In this document: one piece after another, positions 1 to 10,221 of the stretch
How positions within the stretch are numbered: the stretch's first letter is position 1
Layout: each line of letters opens with the position of its first letter
Assembly: GCA_026413765.1 (NCBI GenBank)
Contig: JAOAKI010000004.1
Location: 33,513 to 97,512, forward strand
Direction: 5' to 3'
DNA length: 64,000 nt
From: Candidatus Micrarchaeota archaeon
Lineage (GTDB): Archaea > Micrarchaeota > Micrarchaeia > Anstonellales > Anstonellaceae
Notes under the pieces: model-generated
What the model was told of the DNA's origin: nothing
What the model saw: the letters and a program-made list of their open reading frames with translations, nothing else
Database searches by the model: none
Program-made: the position numbers and the translations under genes

Positions 1-11
1 TCATTGCAACC

Positions 12-245
12 TTGCTTGGATTCTTTAGCATTTGGTCGATGCGCGAAATAAAGATGTCGCTTGCCCTCAAGATGAAGCTGGAAGGAAGGGAGCTTTTTAC
101 GGAAAATGGCGCTTATCTGGGCAAAATCTTGGGTGTTGATCCAAAAGAGCTGACAATAATTTACCGCTCGCCTCTTGGCCAAAAGCTCACTGTGCATCTG
201 GGCGACGTCTCTTCTCTTGGCGAGCGAGTGCTGGTCAAGATTTAG
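12..245 (+). CDS. small hypothetical protein (77 aa), possibly PRC-barrel-like; true start may lie upstream of the window
   Basis: ORF track; beta-rich small protein ending LGERVLVKI; no diagnostic motif. Confidence 0.25.
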   Translation: MLGFFSIWSMREIKMSLALKMKLEGRELFTENGAYLGKILGVDPKELTIIYRSPLGQKLTVHLGDVSSLGERVLVKI

Positions 246-2262
246 ACTTTGTCGGTTTTTTGCCAATCATCCTTTTCATCTTTGAGATCAGCTTTTCTTT
301 CGCAGCGCAGTCCACAAGAGCAACCTTTAGCACATCGACAAAATTCTTCACAGGCACTATCTTTATCTTCCCCTTTAGTCTCTTGGAAAGGTAGATGTCC
401 TCTACGTTGTTTGCAGGCACGATAATCTCTTTGAGCCCTGCCTCAATTGCAGCCTCTGTCTTTCCTGTGACTCCCCCTACTGGAAGCACCTCTCCCCTTA
501 CAGAAAGCGAGCCTGTCATTGCTACTTCTTGCCTGACAGGTATGCCTTCCATAGCAGATATTATCGCAACCGCAATCGAGATAGAGGCCGAATCGCCCTC
601 TACTCCTTCGTAGGTTTGCAAGAACTGGACATGCATATCATACTGGCTTACATCTCTTCCGATGTGCTTTTTGATTATTGCGGATACATTTTCAACAGCT
701 TCTTTTGCGATTGTCCCAAGCTTCCCAGTCGCTATGAGCTTCCCTTCAGATTTGCTGCTTGACGGCGTAACTTCTGCCACAATTGGCATGACTAATCCAG
801 AAAGTGTATCTCCAATCACTGCCAATCCATTTACCTTCCCTACCTGGCTGCCGCTGATTGAGAAGACCTGGTAGTCCTTGCGGGATTCTATTACTCTCCT
901 GCTTATCTGCTGCTCGAGTGTCTGGGCTATCTTTTTTGCCCTGATTACATGATCCGCAGTGACATATTTTGCTTTTTCTTCGTTTGCAATGTCGCCTGCA
1001 GCCCTCACAAGCCCTCCAAGCTCCCTCAAATTTAGCGACAGCCTCTTTTTGCGGCCAGCCATCCTGCGCGCTTCGTCTATAACTTCTGCCACCGCATCAA
1101 AAGTGAAATGCGGTATCTTCTTGTCTTTTTTTACTTCTTGGGCAACAAATTGCACATATTTGTCTTGGTTCTCGGGCGTGTCTGGAATGCTGTCTTGCAT
1201 ATAAACCTCGTATCCGTTCCCCCTTATCCGTGAGCGCAAGGCAGGATGCATGTTCCTCAAATCCATCAGGTTTCCTGCTGCCACAAGAACAAAATCGCAT
1301 GGGACAGGCTCGGTTTTAACAATTGCTCCTGATGAATTCTCAGATTGCCCGGTTATTGGATATTTTTTCTCCTGCATTGCAGTCAGAAGCTCTTGTTGGC
1401 TTCTTGGGCGCAAGGATGCAATCTCATCTATGAACAGAACTCCTTTGTTTGCCCGGTGAATTGCTCCTGCCTCCACCCTCAAATGCGCAGGCGTGCCCAG
1501 GCCGCCTGATTGAAGCGGATCGTGCTTTACATCCCCAAGTAAAGCTCCAGCCTTGGCTCCAGTCGCATCAACAAATGGCGCAGTCTTTCTCCCTGAATTA
1601 TCTACAATTAGCTTTGGCTCATTTGCCTCCGAAAATCCAAACCTTCTCCCAAAGTTGTTCGTGAACTTGTTGAGCAAAAAGAGGAATCCAAGGCCAAACA
1701 GTATCGCAAGCACAAACCACTTGTTTTCATTCGAAAGCATCCCTGTCGCATAAAGAACGATGATTGCGCCTATCATTACAAGCAGAAACATTATTCCGTC
1801 GCTTCCGCTGTTTTTGTTCATCATCGCCTCCCTGCTTTTGGTTGCCTGCTGTATTATCCTTCCTTGCCCAATCTCTTCTTCAGTTTCTTCTTTTTGCCCA
1901 AGCTGCGCAAGCATCTTTCTCATCTGTCTAAAAGAGGAATAAAGCTGGCTTAACTGCGGGTCTTTGCGTATCTCTTCTTCAGTCGGGTAGGTCTTTACAG
2001 TGCGAATGATTGGGCGATTTTCGTCGTTAGGGTTGGGATAGACAAGCACATCCTCAAGGTCGGTTGCAGGCATCAGCTCTGCCATCGCCTGCGCAAGCAT
2101 CGATTTGCCAGTCCCAGGCATGCCTATCATCAAGACGTTCCTTCTTTGGGCAGCTGCCTTCTTTACTATTTTTACTGCTTCGTCTTGGCCTATGACCTGG
2201 TCTATCAGCCTAGAAGGAATGGGAATTTCCTCTGTGGTTTTAAACTTCCTCATCCTTCCCAC
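235..2262 (-). CDS. lonB: ATP-dependent protease LonB (archaeal membrane-anchored Lon)
   Basis: Walker [10 protein letters not shown]; two TM helices inserted in the AAA module ([20 protein letters not shown] / [16 protein letters not shown]); C-terminal Lon proteolytic domain with Ser-Lys dyad context [24 protein letters not shown]. Confidence 0.9.
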   Translation of the reverse strand: MGRMRKFKTTEEIPIPSRLIDQVIGQDEAVKIVKKAAAQRRNVLMIGMPGTGKSMLAQAMAELMPATDLEDVLVYPNPNDENRPIIRTVKTYPTEEEIRKDPQLSQLYSSFRQMRKMLAQLGQKEETEEEIGQGRIIQQATKSREAMMNKNSGSDGIMFLLVMIGAIIVLYATGMLSNENKWFVLAILFGLGFLFLLNKFTNNFGRRFGFSEANEPKLIVDNSGRKTAPFVDATGAKAGALLGDVKHDPLQSGGLGTPAHLRVEAGAIHRANKGVLFIDEIASLRPRSQQELLTAMQEKKYPITGQSENSSGAIVKTEPVPCDFVLVAAGNLMDLRNMHPALRSRIRGNGYEVYMQDSIPDTPENQDKYVQFVAQEVKKDKKIPHFTFDAVAEVIDEARRMAGRKKRLSLNLRELGGLVRAAGDIANEEKAKYVTADHVIRAKKIAQTLEQQISRRVIESRKDYQVFSISGSQVGKVNGLAVIGDTLSGLVMPIVAEVTPSSSKSEGKLIATGKLGTIAKEAVENVSAIIKKHIGRDVSQYDMHVQFLQTYEGVEGDSASISIAVAIISAMEGIPVRQEVAMTGSLSVRGEVLPVGGVTGKTEAAIEAGLKEIIVPANNVEDIYLSKRLKGKIKIVPVKNFVDVLKVALVDCAAKEKLISKMKRMIGKKPTKSKS

Positions 2263-2302
2263 CTAAAGCAGTCCAAAGCTATCTTTCCACTTATTTTTAT
2301 AT

Positions 2303-2878
2303 TTAATTTTCCAGGGGTCCAGATTTTCTTACAATCTCCCTTATTTGCTCCATAATCATTTCCTGCCTCTTCCTCATTGTCTCAACAAAAGCTTCTTTTG
2401 CTTTCTGACAAGAAACTGGGTTATCGCAGTTTTTGAGGGCCAGCATCTCTTTTTCCATCTGAGAATCGTTCAACGCCCTTATTATCTCCTCCATTTTTTT
2501 TATTCTATAGGTATTTGGTATCCCTTTCGGGCCAAATGCTTCTTGGTAATACTTATCCAGCTCCTCGACCTTCATGCTTTCCTTGACCTTCTCCTCGATC
2601 ATCCCAAGCAGCTGGCTTTCGTTTTTCAGTCTTGAAAGCTCAATTTCTGCAGAGGAGACCTTTGCCTCCAAGCCTTTTTTGTTCACAATGCAATCCTCCA
2701 GTCGAGCCTCTAAATTGTACGATTTCTGTTGTTCTTCTGCTAGCTGCCTTGAAAAGTAGGATTTCTCCTCCTGCAGCGCTTTCTGGATCTGCTCGCACTC
2801 GTCTTTGGTCCCTATTCCAACCTGTGCGCATCCTGCAAGCACAAGAAAGCAAACAATCACAACAGCAGCCTTCATCAA
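2303..2878 (-). CDS. secreted coiled-coil lipoprotein, hypothetical
   Basis: signal peptide plus lipobox-like LAGC; rest is Glu/Lys-rich coiled coil. Confidence 0.5.
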   Translation of the reverse strand: MMKAAVVIVCFLVLAGCAQVGIGTKDECEQIQKALQEEKSYFSRQLAEEQQKSYNLEARLEDCIVNKKGLEAKVSSAEIELSRLKNESQLLGMIEEKVKESMKVEELDKYYQEAFGPKGIPNTYRIKKMEEIIRALNDSQMEKEMLALKNCDNPVSCQKAKEAFVETMRKRQEMIMEQIREIVRKSGPLEN

Positions 2879-2949
2879 AATTACCTTTCTTTGAATCTTT
2901 TTTATCTTTACTGGATTGCTTTTGTGGTGTGTTAATTTATATTTTACAG

Positions 2950-2997
2950 TGTTAATAAGGTATTAACGCTTTTAAATCTTTGTTAATACAATATTGA
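2950..2997. promoter_or_regulatory. two operator-like inverted repeats (GTTAATA-N3-TATTAAC perfect; GTTAATA-N3-TATTGAC imperfect) overlapping the promoter of the wHTH-grpE-dnaK operon; TTTAAAT TATA-like box at 2970-2976
   Basis: palindromes read directly at 2950-2966 and 2981-2997, a third half-site GTGTTAAT at 2928-2935; located -12 to -60 from ATG 3009. Confidence 0.45.
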
Positions 2998-3008
2998 CAG
3001 TGATTGGC

Positions 3009-3458
3009 ATGGCAGAAAAAAAATCCTCGCTTCCAGTCTTGGCTTCACAGCAAAAGACGAGCTTGGATTCCGATCTTGCTCTGCTTTGCAAAATGATGCG
3101 CATCATGTCTGAGCGAGACACCGCGCGCACACTTCCTCAGGTGCTGAAGCTGATGCTTATCGAGGGCAAAGGGAAAGCGGTTGGTGGAAGCGAACTTTCC
3201 AGGCTTTCGGGCCTCAACAGGATCACTGTAATACATCATCTCAAAAGACTTGAAGAAGCTGGCTTCGTGCGCAGAATAGAAGGCAAATACGTCCTCCGCT
3301 TCCATTCTGCCGAAGAGATGCTAATTGAGTTCAGGAAAGAGATGGAGAAGGCATTTATGGAAATGGACGAGCTTGCAAGGCAGATAGATGAGCAGTTTGC
3401 AGAGCTGGAAAGAGAGTTTGCAACCAATTACTCTGCTCTTCAAAAAAAGAAGAAATGA
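3009..3458 (+). CDS. winged-helix transcriptional regulator (ArsR/TrmB-like), candidate heat-shock operon regulator
   Basis: HTH segment GSELSRLSGLNRITVIHHLKRLEEAGFVRR; first gene of a tight operon with grpE (3462) and dnaK (4052); ORF track gives alternative TTG start at 2994. Confidence 0.6.
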   Translation: MAEKKSSLPVLASQQKTSLDSDLALLCKMMRIMSERDTARTLPQVLKLMLIEGKGKAVGGSELSRLSGLNRITVIHHLKRLEEAGFVRRIEGKYVLRFHSAEEMLIEFRKEMEKAFMEMDELARQIDEQFAELEREFATNYSALQKKKK

Positions 3459-3461
3459 AAA

Positions 3462-4046
3462 GTGGTTTTTATGAAAGAAAACAAGCTTTCTGCTACCTCA
3501 GGTCACCCAGATGAAGAGAAAGCCAACCAAAGCCAGCTGCCCAAAGAGCAGCAAAACCAGCAGCAAGAAGCCGACAACCAACAAGCTTCAATATCCGAGC
3601 TTTCTTCTAAAATTTCGCAGCTTTCCGAGCAGCTTTTGCGGCTGCATGCTGAGTTTGACAATTACAAAAAGAGGTCTGCAAAAGAAAAAGAGGCGCTTTT
3701 GAACCACGCTGAAAGCAACATGATGCTCCGCTTCCTTCCGATTTACGAAGAAATCTCATTTGCCGAGCAAGAGGCATCCAAGCTATCTCAAGACTCCCTA
3801 AAGACTGGCATCTTGCTTGTGCTTTCAAAGCTTCGCTCTGCATTTGAGAAAGAGGGCCTAGAGCAGCTCAAAGTAGAAGGGCAAAAGTTCGACCCTTTCT
3901 TGCATGAAGCCGCAGGCTATGAGCCTTCTGATCTGCCAGAAGGCACGGTCGTGCGTGTAATTCAGAACGGCTATAAATTCAGGGGCGAAATTCTTCGCCC
4001 TGCTGTCGTGATTGTCTCATCAGGCAAGAAAAAAAATGAAAATTAG
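3462..4046 (+). CDS. grpE: nucleotide exchange factor GrpE
   Basis: coiled-coil N-term, [19 protein letters not shown] motif and C-terminal beta domain typical of GrpE; immediately upstream of dnaK. Confidence 0.85.
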   Translation: MVFMKENKLSATSGHPDEEKANQSQLPKEQQNQQQEADNQQASISELSSKISQLSEQLLRLHAEFDNYKKRSAKEKEALLNHAESNMMLRFLPIYEEISFAEQEASKLSQDSLKTGILLVLSKLRSAFEKEGLEQLKVEGQKFDPFLHEAAGYEPSDLPEGTVVRVIQNGYKFRGEILRPAVVIVSSGKKKNEN

Positions 4047-4051
4047 TCGGG

Positions 4052-5917
4052 GTGAGCTTTATGGCAAAAATAATTGGTATCGACCTTGGAACTTCAAATT
4101 CGGCAGCAGCAGTGCTTGAAGGAGGAAAGCCGGTGATGATACCTTCTGCTGAAGGCGCATCACAATATGGCAAAGCATTCCCTTCATATGTTGCATTCAC
4201 AAAAGACGGCAATCTTTTGGTTGGCGAGCCTGCCCGAAGACAGGCAATAACAAACCCTGAAGGTACCTTCTATGGGTTCAAAAGGAAGATGGGCACGGAT
4301 TTCAAATACAAGGCATTTGGCAAAGAATACCGCCCACAAGAGCTTTCTGCCTTCCTTTTGCAAAAAATAAAGCGTGACGCAGAAATGTTTCTTGGCGACA
4401 AAGTTGAGAAGGCAGTCATCACAGTACCTGCTTATTTTGATGACAACCAGCGCCAAGCTACAAAAGACGCAGGAGCAATCGCCGGCCTTGAAGTTGTCAG
4501 AATCATCAATGAGCCAACTGCAGCAGCATTGGCATATGGTTTGGACAAGTCAGACAAAGAGCAGCGGATTGTCGTGTTCGACTTAGGGGGCGGCACATTG
4601 GATGTCACAGTGATGGAATTCGGAAAAGGCGTTTTCGAGGTCAAAAGCACATCTGGCGACACGCAGCTTGGCGGCACCGATATGGACAATGCGATAGTGG
4701 ATTATTTGGTTGGAGTGTTCTTGCGCGAAAGCGGCATCAATGTTTCAACCGACAAACAAGCAATGCAGAGGTTGCGTGAAGCTGCTGAGAAGGCGAAGAT
4801 AGAGCTTTCCACTGTTCTTGAATCTGAGATAAATCTTCCATTCCTTTCCGCAGACAGTAGCGGCCCGAAGCATTTCGTCCACAAGCTGACTCGCGCAAAG
4901 CTGGAAGAAATCGTGGAGCCTATTGTCACCAGATGCAAAAAGCCAATTGCGCAGGCTCTTCAAGATGCAAAGCTTACTATCAACGACATAGACAAAATCA
5001 TTCTTGTTGGTGGGCCGACCAGGATGCCAATTGTGCAGCGCTTCATTGAAACTACATTTGGCAAAAAGCCCGAGCGCGGAATCGATCCTATGGAATGCGT
5101 AGCGATGGGGGCAGCAATTCAGGCAGGAATAATCTCAGGAGATGTAAAAGATATCTTGCTGCTTGATGTCACTCCTCTTTCGCTTGGAATTGAAACCCTA
5201 GGTGGAGTGTTCACCAAGCTCATAGAAAGGAACACAACCATCCCGACGCGCAAGTCCCAGATTTTCACGACTGCAGCAGATTTCCAGACTTCTGTCGAAA
5301 TCCATGTTCTGCAAGGAGAGCGTGCAATGGCAAAAGACAATATTGAGCTTGGGAGATTCTCCCTTGTAGGAATCCCTCCAGCGCCGAGAGGCGTCCCGCA
5401 AATTGAGGTGACATTTGACATCGACGCAAACGGCATATTGCATGTATCTGCAAAGGACTTGGGCACAGGCAAAGAGCAAAAGATGCAAATCATCGCTCCG
5501 CACAAAATGGACAAAGCGGAAATAGAGGCGAAAATGAAAGAGGCTGAAAGATTCGCAGAGCAGGACCGGCGCGCCCGCGAAGAGGCTGAAATGAAAAACG
5601 AAGCAGAAGCTTTAGCATACACCGCAGAAAAGACTCTCTCTGAATTAGGGGACAAAATTGAGGCGCCATTAAAAGAAAAAGTCAAGAAAGCTGCAGAAGA
5701 AGTGCGGGAAGCTCTCAAAAAGAACGACATAGCAGCAATAAAATCCGCAATGGACAATCTCAAAAAAGCCCTTCAAGAAGCAGGGGCATCGCTTTACCGC
5801 GGCTCGGCTTCCTCCGGGCCAAACTTTGGTCCAGGACCCGGCAGCGGGCCGTCTGGTGATAGCTCACAGAAAGGACCAACTGACAATGTCTTTGATGCAG
5901 ATTACAAGAAAGTCTAG
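4052..5917 (+). CDS. dnaK: chaperone DnaK (Hsp70)
   Basis: [34 protein letters not shown] Hsp70 signatures; 621 aa. Confidence 0.95.
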   Translation: MSFMAKIIGIDLGTSNSAAAVLEGGKPVMIPSAEGASQYGKAFPSYVAFTKDGNLLVGEPARRQAITNPEGTFYGFKRKMGTDFKYKAFGKEYRPQELSAFLLQKIKRDAEMFLGDKVEKAVITVPAYFDDNQRQATKDAGAIAGLEVVRIINEPTAAALAYGLDKSDKEQRIVVFDLGGGTLDVTVMEFGKGVFEVKSTSGDTQLGGTDMDNAIVDYLVGVFLRESGINVSTDKQAMQRLREAAEKAKIELSTVLESEINLPFLSADSSGPKHFVHKLTRAKLEEIVEPIVTRCKKPIAQALQDAKLTINDIDKIILVGGPTRMPIVQRFIETTFGKKPERGIDPMECVAMGAAIQAGIISGDVKDILLLDVTPLSLGIETLGGVFTKLIERNTTIPTRKSQIFTTAADFQTSVEIHVLQGERAMAKDNIELGRFSLVGIPPAPRGVPQIEVTFDIDANGILHVSAKDLGTGKEQKMQIIAPHKMDKAEIEAKMKEAERFAEQDRRAREEAEMKNEAEALAYTAEKTLSELGDKIEAPLKEKVKKAAEEVREALKKNDIAAIKSAMDNLKKALQEAGASLYRGSASSGPNFGPGPGSGPSGDSSQKGPTDNVFDADYKKV

Positions 5918-5971
5918 CGCCTTCCATCGCAAAATTTAAGCTTTTCCCACAATTAAATTCAAACGAGCTTT

Positions 5972-6910
5972 ATGCAGTTGTTCAAGAAGCCAACTCTCCA
6001 GCAAATATCATGCGGAATTCTTGTTTCCACCATGCTTGCTTCTTCTGTCTTTTTCAGCAAAATGATTGATGCATCAAAGGCAAAACTTCCACAAAAAGAT
6101 CTGGCGACAGTTTCGTTGACTGACAGCGCCTCAATCCAATCAAAAGAACTGCTTGTCAAAGACAGTCTGCCAAAGCACAGTTTTTCTTCCTCAACGCTAA
6201 AAAAAGCAAGGCTTTACCTTCTTTCCAGAGGCTTCCAAATAGCGTACATAGATTCCATCTTGTCTGACAAGAGGTTAACAAAGCTTAGCATTTTCCCAAA
6301 ATCCAAGCCACAACGCAAATTGACCTATGAAGAATACAAAAAAATTTTCGGAGTCCATCTGTTGGCAAACCACGGAAAGCGCTTTTATGCGCAGCACAGG
6401 CAGCTTTTCGATTCGCTCCAACAGGCAACCAATGTTCCAGCCTCGTTAGTGCTTTCGATTTTAGGCATTGAAAGCAATTACGGCAAGCATACTGGCAGCC
6501 ACAAGATAGTCAATGTTTTTCTGACTATCATCGAAGAGAAGCCTGCTCGAGCTGAATTTGCGCTAGAGCAGCTGTCTGCTTTCTTGGATTTGTGTCTCAA
6601 GTTCGAGGCAGACCCTTATTCAGTCAAGGGTTCGCACTGGGGAGCATTCCTTACTGCGCAATTCATTCCTACTTCTGTCAAAAAATACCTCGGAGTCGTG
6701 AACCCAACCAGCTTCGAAGAGCTTTTTTCGACTGAAAACTCGATAAAATTGGCGTTTGCCTATCTTGCAGACTCAGGTGCCTCAGTAAAAAGCGGCTTTT
6801 CAGTAGGCAGTGACAATTACAAAGCAGCATTAGCATACAATCCTTCTTCTTATTATGCGCGGCTTGCGGTTGAGCTTGCGGCGCTGATCCAAAATGAGCT
6901 CAGGAAATGA
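5972..6910 (+). CDS. secreted lytic transglycosylase-like protein, MltB/SLT_2 family
   Basis: N-terminal signal/TM; motif LSILGIESNYGKHTG matching MltB catalytic-Glu motif (iwGvESnfG); downstream GSHWGAFLTAQFIPTS and AYLADSG ... ALAYNPSSYYA match SLT_2 conserved blocks. Confidence 0.6.
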   Translation: MQLFKKPTLQQISCGILVSTMLASSVFFSKMIDASKAKLPQKDLATVSLTDSASIQSKELLVKDSLPKHSFSSSTLKKARLYLLSRGFQIAYIDSILSDKRLTKLSIFPKSKPQRKLTYEEYKKIFGVHLLANHGKRFYAQHRQLFDSLQQATNVPASLVLSILGIESNYGKHTGSHKIVNVFLTIIEEKPARAEFALEQLSAFLDLCLKFEADPYSVKGSHWGAFLTAQFIPTSVKKYLGVVNPTSFEELFSTENSIKLAFAYLADSGASVKSGFSVGSDNYKAALAYNPSSYYARLAVELAALIQNELRK

Positions 6911-7012
6911 TGGGGCCGCTGTGATTTGAACACAGATCGCTAGGTTTTCCAAAATCGGCAGATTTGCCAATTTTCCCGAACCTAGTAGCATACCAGGTTA
7001 GCCCACGGCCCC
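6911..7012 (-). tRNA. tRNA-Pro (anticodon CGG) with a 29-nt canonical 37/38 intron
   Basis: reverse complement folds as GGGGCCG acceptor / CGGCCCC + A73; T-arm CTGTG-TTCAAAT-CACAG; anticodon stem CTAGG/CCTAG enclosing TTCGGG-[intron AAAATTGGCAAATCTGCCGATTTTGGAAA]-A; no encoded CCA. Confidence 0.65.
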
Positions 7013-7246
7013 AAATTCAAATTTGAACATTTCTTATATTTTGCATCGCTTTGTTTTTCATTTTTTCTATTCGTCTTTCCAAAGCAATGCCAGCTTGCCT
7101 GCCACCGTTAATGCGATTGTCCTTATCGACACAGTTCATGCTTTTGAGGAAATCAATATGCTGATAGACCATCACATCGCTTTTTTCTGCTTTTTTTGCT
7201 ATCTGCTGGACATCCAGCCTTCATTCTTCTTTTGAGGAAAGGGAAG

Positions 7247-7594
7247 CTATTGCCTCAAGAAAGCCTTTTTCCCTTCTGAAAGCTCAAAGATGACCTGGGG
7301 CAAATCAACAAGCTCTTCTTCGCTTTTGTCAATATTGTTGCACACTATCTTTGAGACAAGGTTGGGCCTACCATAGCAGCCATAAAGCAGCCCTTGGGCA
7401 AGAAGCTCCCACCCTCCTGAAATGTTGACTATTTTTTCAGAATCGTCCGCCTCAAGAAGCTCAATAGCTTTCCTTGGAATTGCAAGAATGTCTGTGCCGT
7501 CAACCTCTTCTTTTGATTGAGAAAATGTATGGATCGATGCCGCCACCGGTCGAAAAGAATAGAAGCTGCATATAAATGTAGTGTTTGAGCCCAA
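7247..7594 (-). CDS. hypothetical protein (115 aa)
   Basis: ORF with non-repetitive composition between tRNA and marC; no recognisable motif. Confidence 0.25.
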   Translation of the reverse strand: MGSNTTFICSFYSFRPVAASIHTFSQSKEEVDGTDILAIPRKAIELLEADDSEKIVNISGGWELLAQGLLYGCYGRPNLVSKIVCNNIDKSEEELVDLPQVIFELSEGKKAFLRQ

Positions 7595-7756
7595 CCCAAC
7601 ACCCCTGCATCAATTTGTGCTGATTTAATTTAAATCTTTGGAGTTAATGGCGGCAACAAAGCCAAACATTTTTCTGCCACATCAGAGCGGTTTTTCATCA
7701 TCATTTCCCGACAGGCGGTCCGATCAGCTTTTATTTTTTTCACAAGAGCAACTTTC

Positions 7757-8368
7757 ATGGACACGCTGCTGCAATTTTTCCTTTCTTCATTCATATCTAT
7801 TCTTGCAATCATCAACCCAATCTCCACAATCGGCGTTTTCCTTTCGATGCTTCGCAATGTCCATCCGAAGGAGAGGCACAAGATAGCGTTGAACGTCAGC
7901 ATTGTCGCATTTTTCGTGCTTCTTTTCTTTTCAATTACCGGCTATCTTGTCTTTCAAATTTATTCAATAACGATTGAGGCATTCAGAATTGCAGGCGGCT
8001 TGGTCTTGCTGCTGATCGGCATTCGGATGATATTCCCGCAACCCCACCAGTCGCACCCAACCGTGACCCAATCCTATGTTGTTCCGCTTGCAATCCCAAT
8101 GACTTCAGGCCCAGGCGCAATAACCACTTCGGTTGTTTTGGCAAGCCAGGCAACCTCTTTCTTGCATGAGATAGCGCTTTGGACAGCCATTTTTTTCGCC
8201 TGTGTCGTCAACTTTCTTGTCCTTCGGTTTTCTGATTCAATCAACCGAAAGCTGGGCGATAGCGGCCTTTCTGCTTTAGTAAAAATAATGGGTTTAATAG
8301 TATGTTCGATAGGCGTCCAATTCATCATTGTAGGCCTCAAGGCATCTTTCCCTGTCCTTGGAGGCTGA
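7757..8368 (+). CDS. MarC-family (UPF0056) integral membrane protein
   Basis: six predicted TM helices; N-terminal FLSSFISILAIINPISTIGVFLSM typical of MarC family. Confidence 0.7.
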   Translation: MDTLLQFFLSSFISILAIINPISTIGVFLSMLRNVHPKERHKIALNVSIVAFFVLLFFSITGYLVFQIYSITIEAFRIAGGLVLLLIGIRMIFPQPHQSHPTVTQSYVVPLAIPMTSGPGAITTSVVLASQATSFLHEIALWTAIFFACVVNFLVLRFSDSINRKLGDSGLSALVKIMGLIVCSIGVQFIIVGLKASFPVLGG

Positions 8369-8409
8369 ATTGGCGCATTTATTAAAATAATAAAGGCAAA
8401 AATTACACC

Positions 8410-10221
8410 ATGTATTTCTTGCTTGCAGAGGCAATTGCAAAATCAATTTCTGACTCGACTTCTGCCACATTCACAGAGGCATTAAGCTCAATTGAGCTCC
8501 CAAAAAAAGAATTTGGCGACATCTCGTCCACAATCTCTTTTCATCTTTCTAAAAAGCAAAAAAAATCGCCCCAGCTGCTTGCAAAAGATGTGGCAGGTTC
8601 GCTTGTTTTGCCTGACTGGATAGAAAAAGCAGAGGTGCAAGGGCCATACATCAATTTCTTTCTTTCAGACAAATTTTTTGCTTCGCTTTTGGAGCATGTC
8701 TTTTCCCTCGGGCACAATTTCGGGAGAGGCCAAAAAAAGGACGGCAAAGTGATTGTCGAATTTCCTTCGGTGAATCCAAATAAGCCATGGCACGTTGGGC
8801 ACTTGAGAAACGCCCTATTGGGGGATAGCGTAGCAAGGACTCTCGAGTTTGCAGGGTATGAAGTCGAAAGGATCGATTATATTGACGACCTTGGGCTGCA
8901 GGTGGCTCAAAGTTTCTGGGGCTATAAAAATCTTGCAAGCAAGCCGACCGGCAAGCTTGATTTGTGGCTTGGGCAGCAATATGTAGAAGTTGCTAAGCTT
9001 TTCGAGTCAGACAAGCAGACAGAAGTCCAAGTGAGGGTACTGCTCAAAAAAATAGAAGAAGGCATCCAACCTGAAGCCTCTGAGTGCAGGGCGCTTGTTG
9101 AAAAATGCGTTTCTGCGCAATATGAGACTGCATTCAAGTTTGGCATTTATCACGACGCTCTAGTGTTCGAGTCAGACATTGTAAAGACGCTATTTGCGGA
9201 AGGCATTTCTCTCTTAAAGCAAAATGGCGCGATTGCCTATGAAAAAGAGGGAAAAAACGCAGGCTGCTGGGTGGCAAAGCTTGCTTCTTGCGATTTTGAG
9301 GCTCTCGAATCCCCTGACAAGGTGCTAATCCGTTCGGATGGCACTGCAACTTATACAGGCAAAGATGTCATTTTTCAGCTTTGGAAATTTGGGCTCCTTA
9401 AAAACGATTTTCTTTACTCCGACTTCCTTGTCCAGCCAAATGGAAAAATATGCAAAATGACTTCCAGCAAGGGGACAAAAGCAAATTTTGGCAAGGCATC
9501 AAGAGTCATCAATGTCATTGGGACTGAGCAAATCTATCCGCAAAAAGTGATTCGCGAGGTCTTGCGCCTGCTTGGCTATCAAAAACAGGCAGAAAATTCT
9601 ATCCATCTTGCATACGAGCATGTCTGGTTGGAAGACAGGCACTTTTCAGGAAGGGAAGGCAGTTGGATTGGCTATACTGCTGATGAGCTTTATGATGAGG
9701 GAGTCAAAAGGGCAGCTGAAAAAATAAAGCCGCAGCTGCCTTCTGAAGAAAAGCTCAAAATCGCCTCATCGGTTTCGTGCGGCGCAATAAGATTTTCCTT
9801 TCTTCGGCCAACGCCTGAAAAAAAGATTGTCTTCAAATGGGAAGAGGCACTTTCTCTTGAGGGCGACTCTGCGCCTTACGTCATGTATGCGCACGCGCGC
9901 GCTTACAAGATTTTCGAAAAAGGCGGGCAAGGCAAAGCTTCTCCTCTGCCATTCAGCCAACACGAGCGGCACCTCTTAAAGCAAATCATGCTTTTCGAAA
10001 AAATAGTCCAAGATTCGGCTGCCCAGCTTCGGCCCCATCTTCTGGTAGATTATTGCATCGAGCTTGCTACGCTTTATAACAAATTTTATTCGACTTGCCC
10101 AATCCTTTCCTGCCAAGATGACGCTTTGCGGCAAAATAGGCTTGCAATCAATTTCGCTGCAATGACCTGCATCAGCAACGCACTGTCCATAATCGGCATC
10201 GATGCGCCAAAAACAATGTGA
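8410..10221 (+). CDS. argS: arginine--tRNA ligase
   Basis: class I HIGH-type motif PNKPWHVGHLRNALLGD, KMSKS-like KMTSSKG, C-terminal DALR anticodon-binding-like helices; 603 aa. Confidence 0.85.
   Translation: MYFLLAEAIAKSISDSTSATFTEALSSIELPKKEFGDISSTISFHLSKKQKKSPQLLAKDVAGSLVLPDWIEKAEVQGPYINFFLSDKFFASLLEHVFSLGHNFGRGQKKDGKVIVEFPSVNPNKPWHVGHLRNALLGDSVARTLEFAGYEVERIDYIDDLGLQVAQSFWGYKNLASKPTGKLDLWLGQQYVEVAKLFESDKQTEVQVRVLLKKIEEGIQPEASECRALVEKCVSAQYETAFKFGIYHDALVFESDIVKTLFAEGISLLKQNGAIAYEKEGKNAGCWVAKLASCDFEALESPDKVLIRSDGTATYTGKDVIFQLWKFGLLKNDFLYSDFLVQPNGKICKMTSSKGTKANFGKASRVINVIGTEQIYPQKVIREVLRLLGYQKQAENSIHLAYEHVWLEDRHFSGREGSWIGYTADELYDEGVKRAAEKIKPQLPSEEKLKIASSVSCGAIRFSFLRPTPEKKIVFKWEEALSLEGDSAPYVMYAHARAYKIFEKGGQGKASPLPFSQHERHLLKQIMLFEKIVQDSAAQLRPHLLVDYCIELATLYNKFYSTCPILSCQDDALRQNRLAINFAAMTCISNALSIIGIDAPKTM

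Noticed and set aside
5119-5763. 214-aa antisense ORF inside dnaK, and similar antisense ORFs within carB, lonB, aCPSF1, purH and S2P (e.g. 30234-30737, 57293-57820, 24636-25103)
   Set aside because: These are shadow ORFs opposite highly conserved genes, with low-complexity or Ser/Arg/Cys-rich compositions and no support beyond absence of stops.
7023-7235. 70-aa plus-strand ORF after the tRNA-Pro
   Set aside because: It has an AT-rich, Phe/Tyr-rich low-complexity translation, so it is likely non-coding promoter/terminator DNA.
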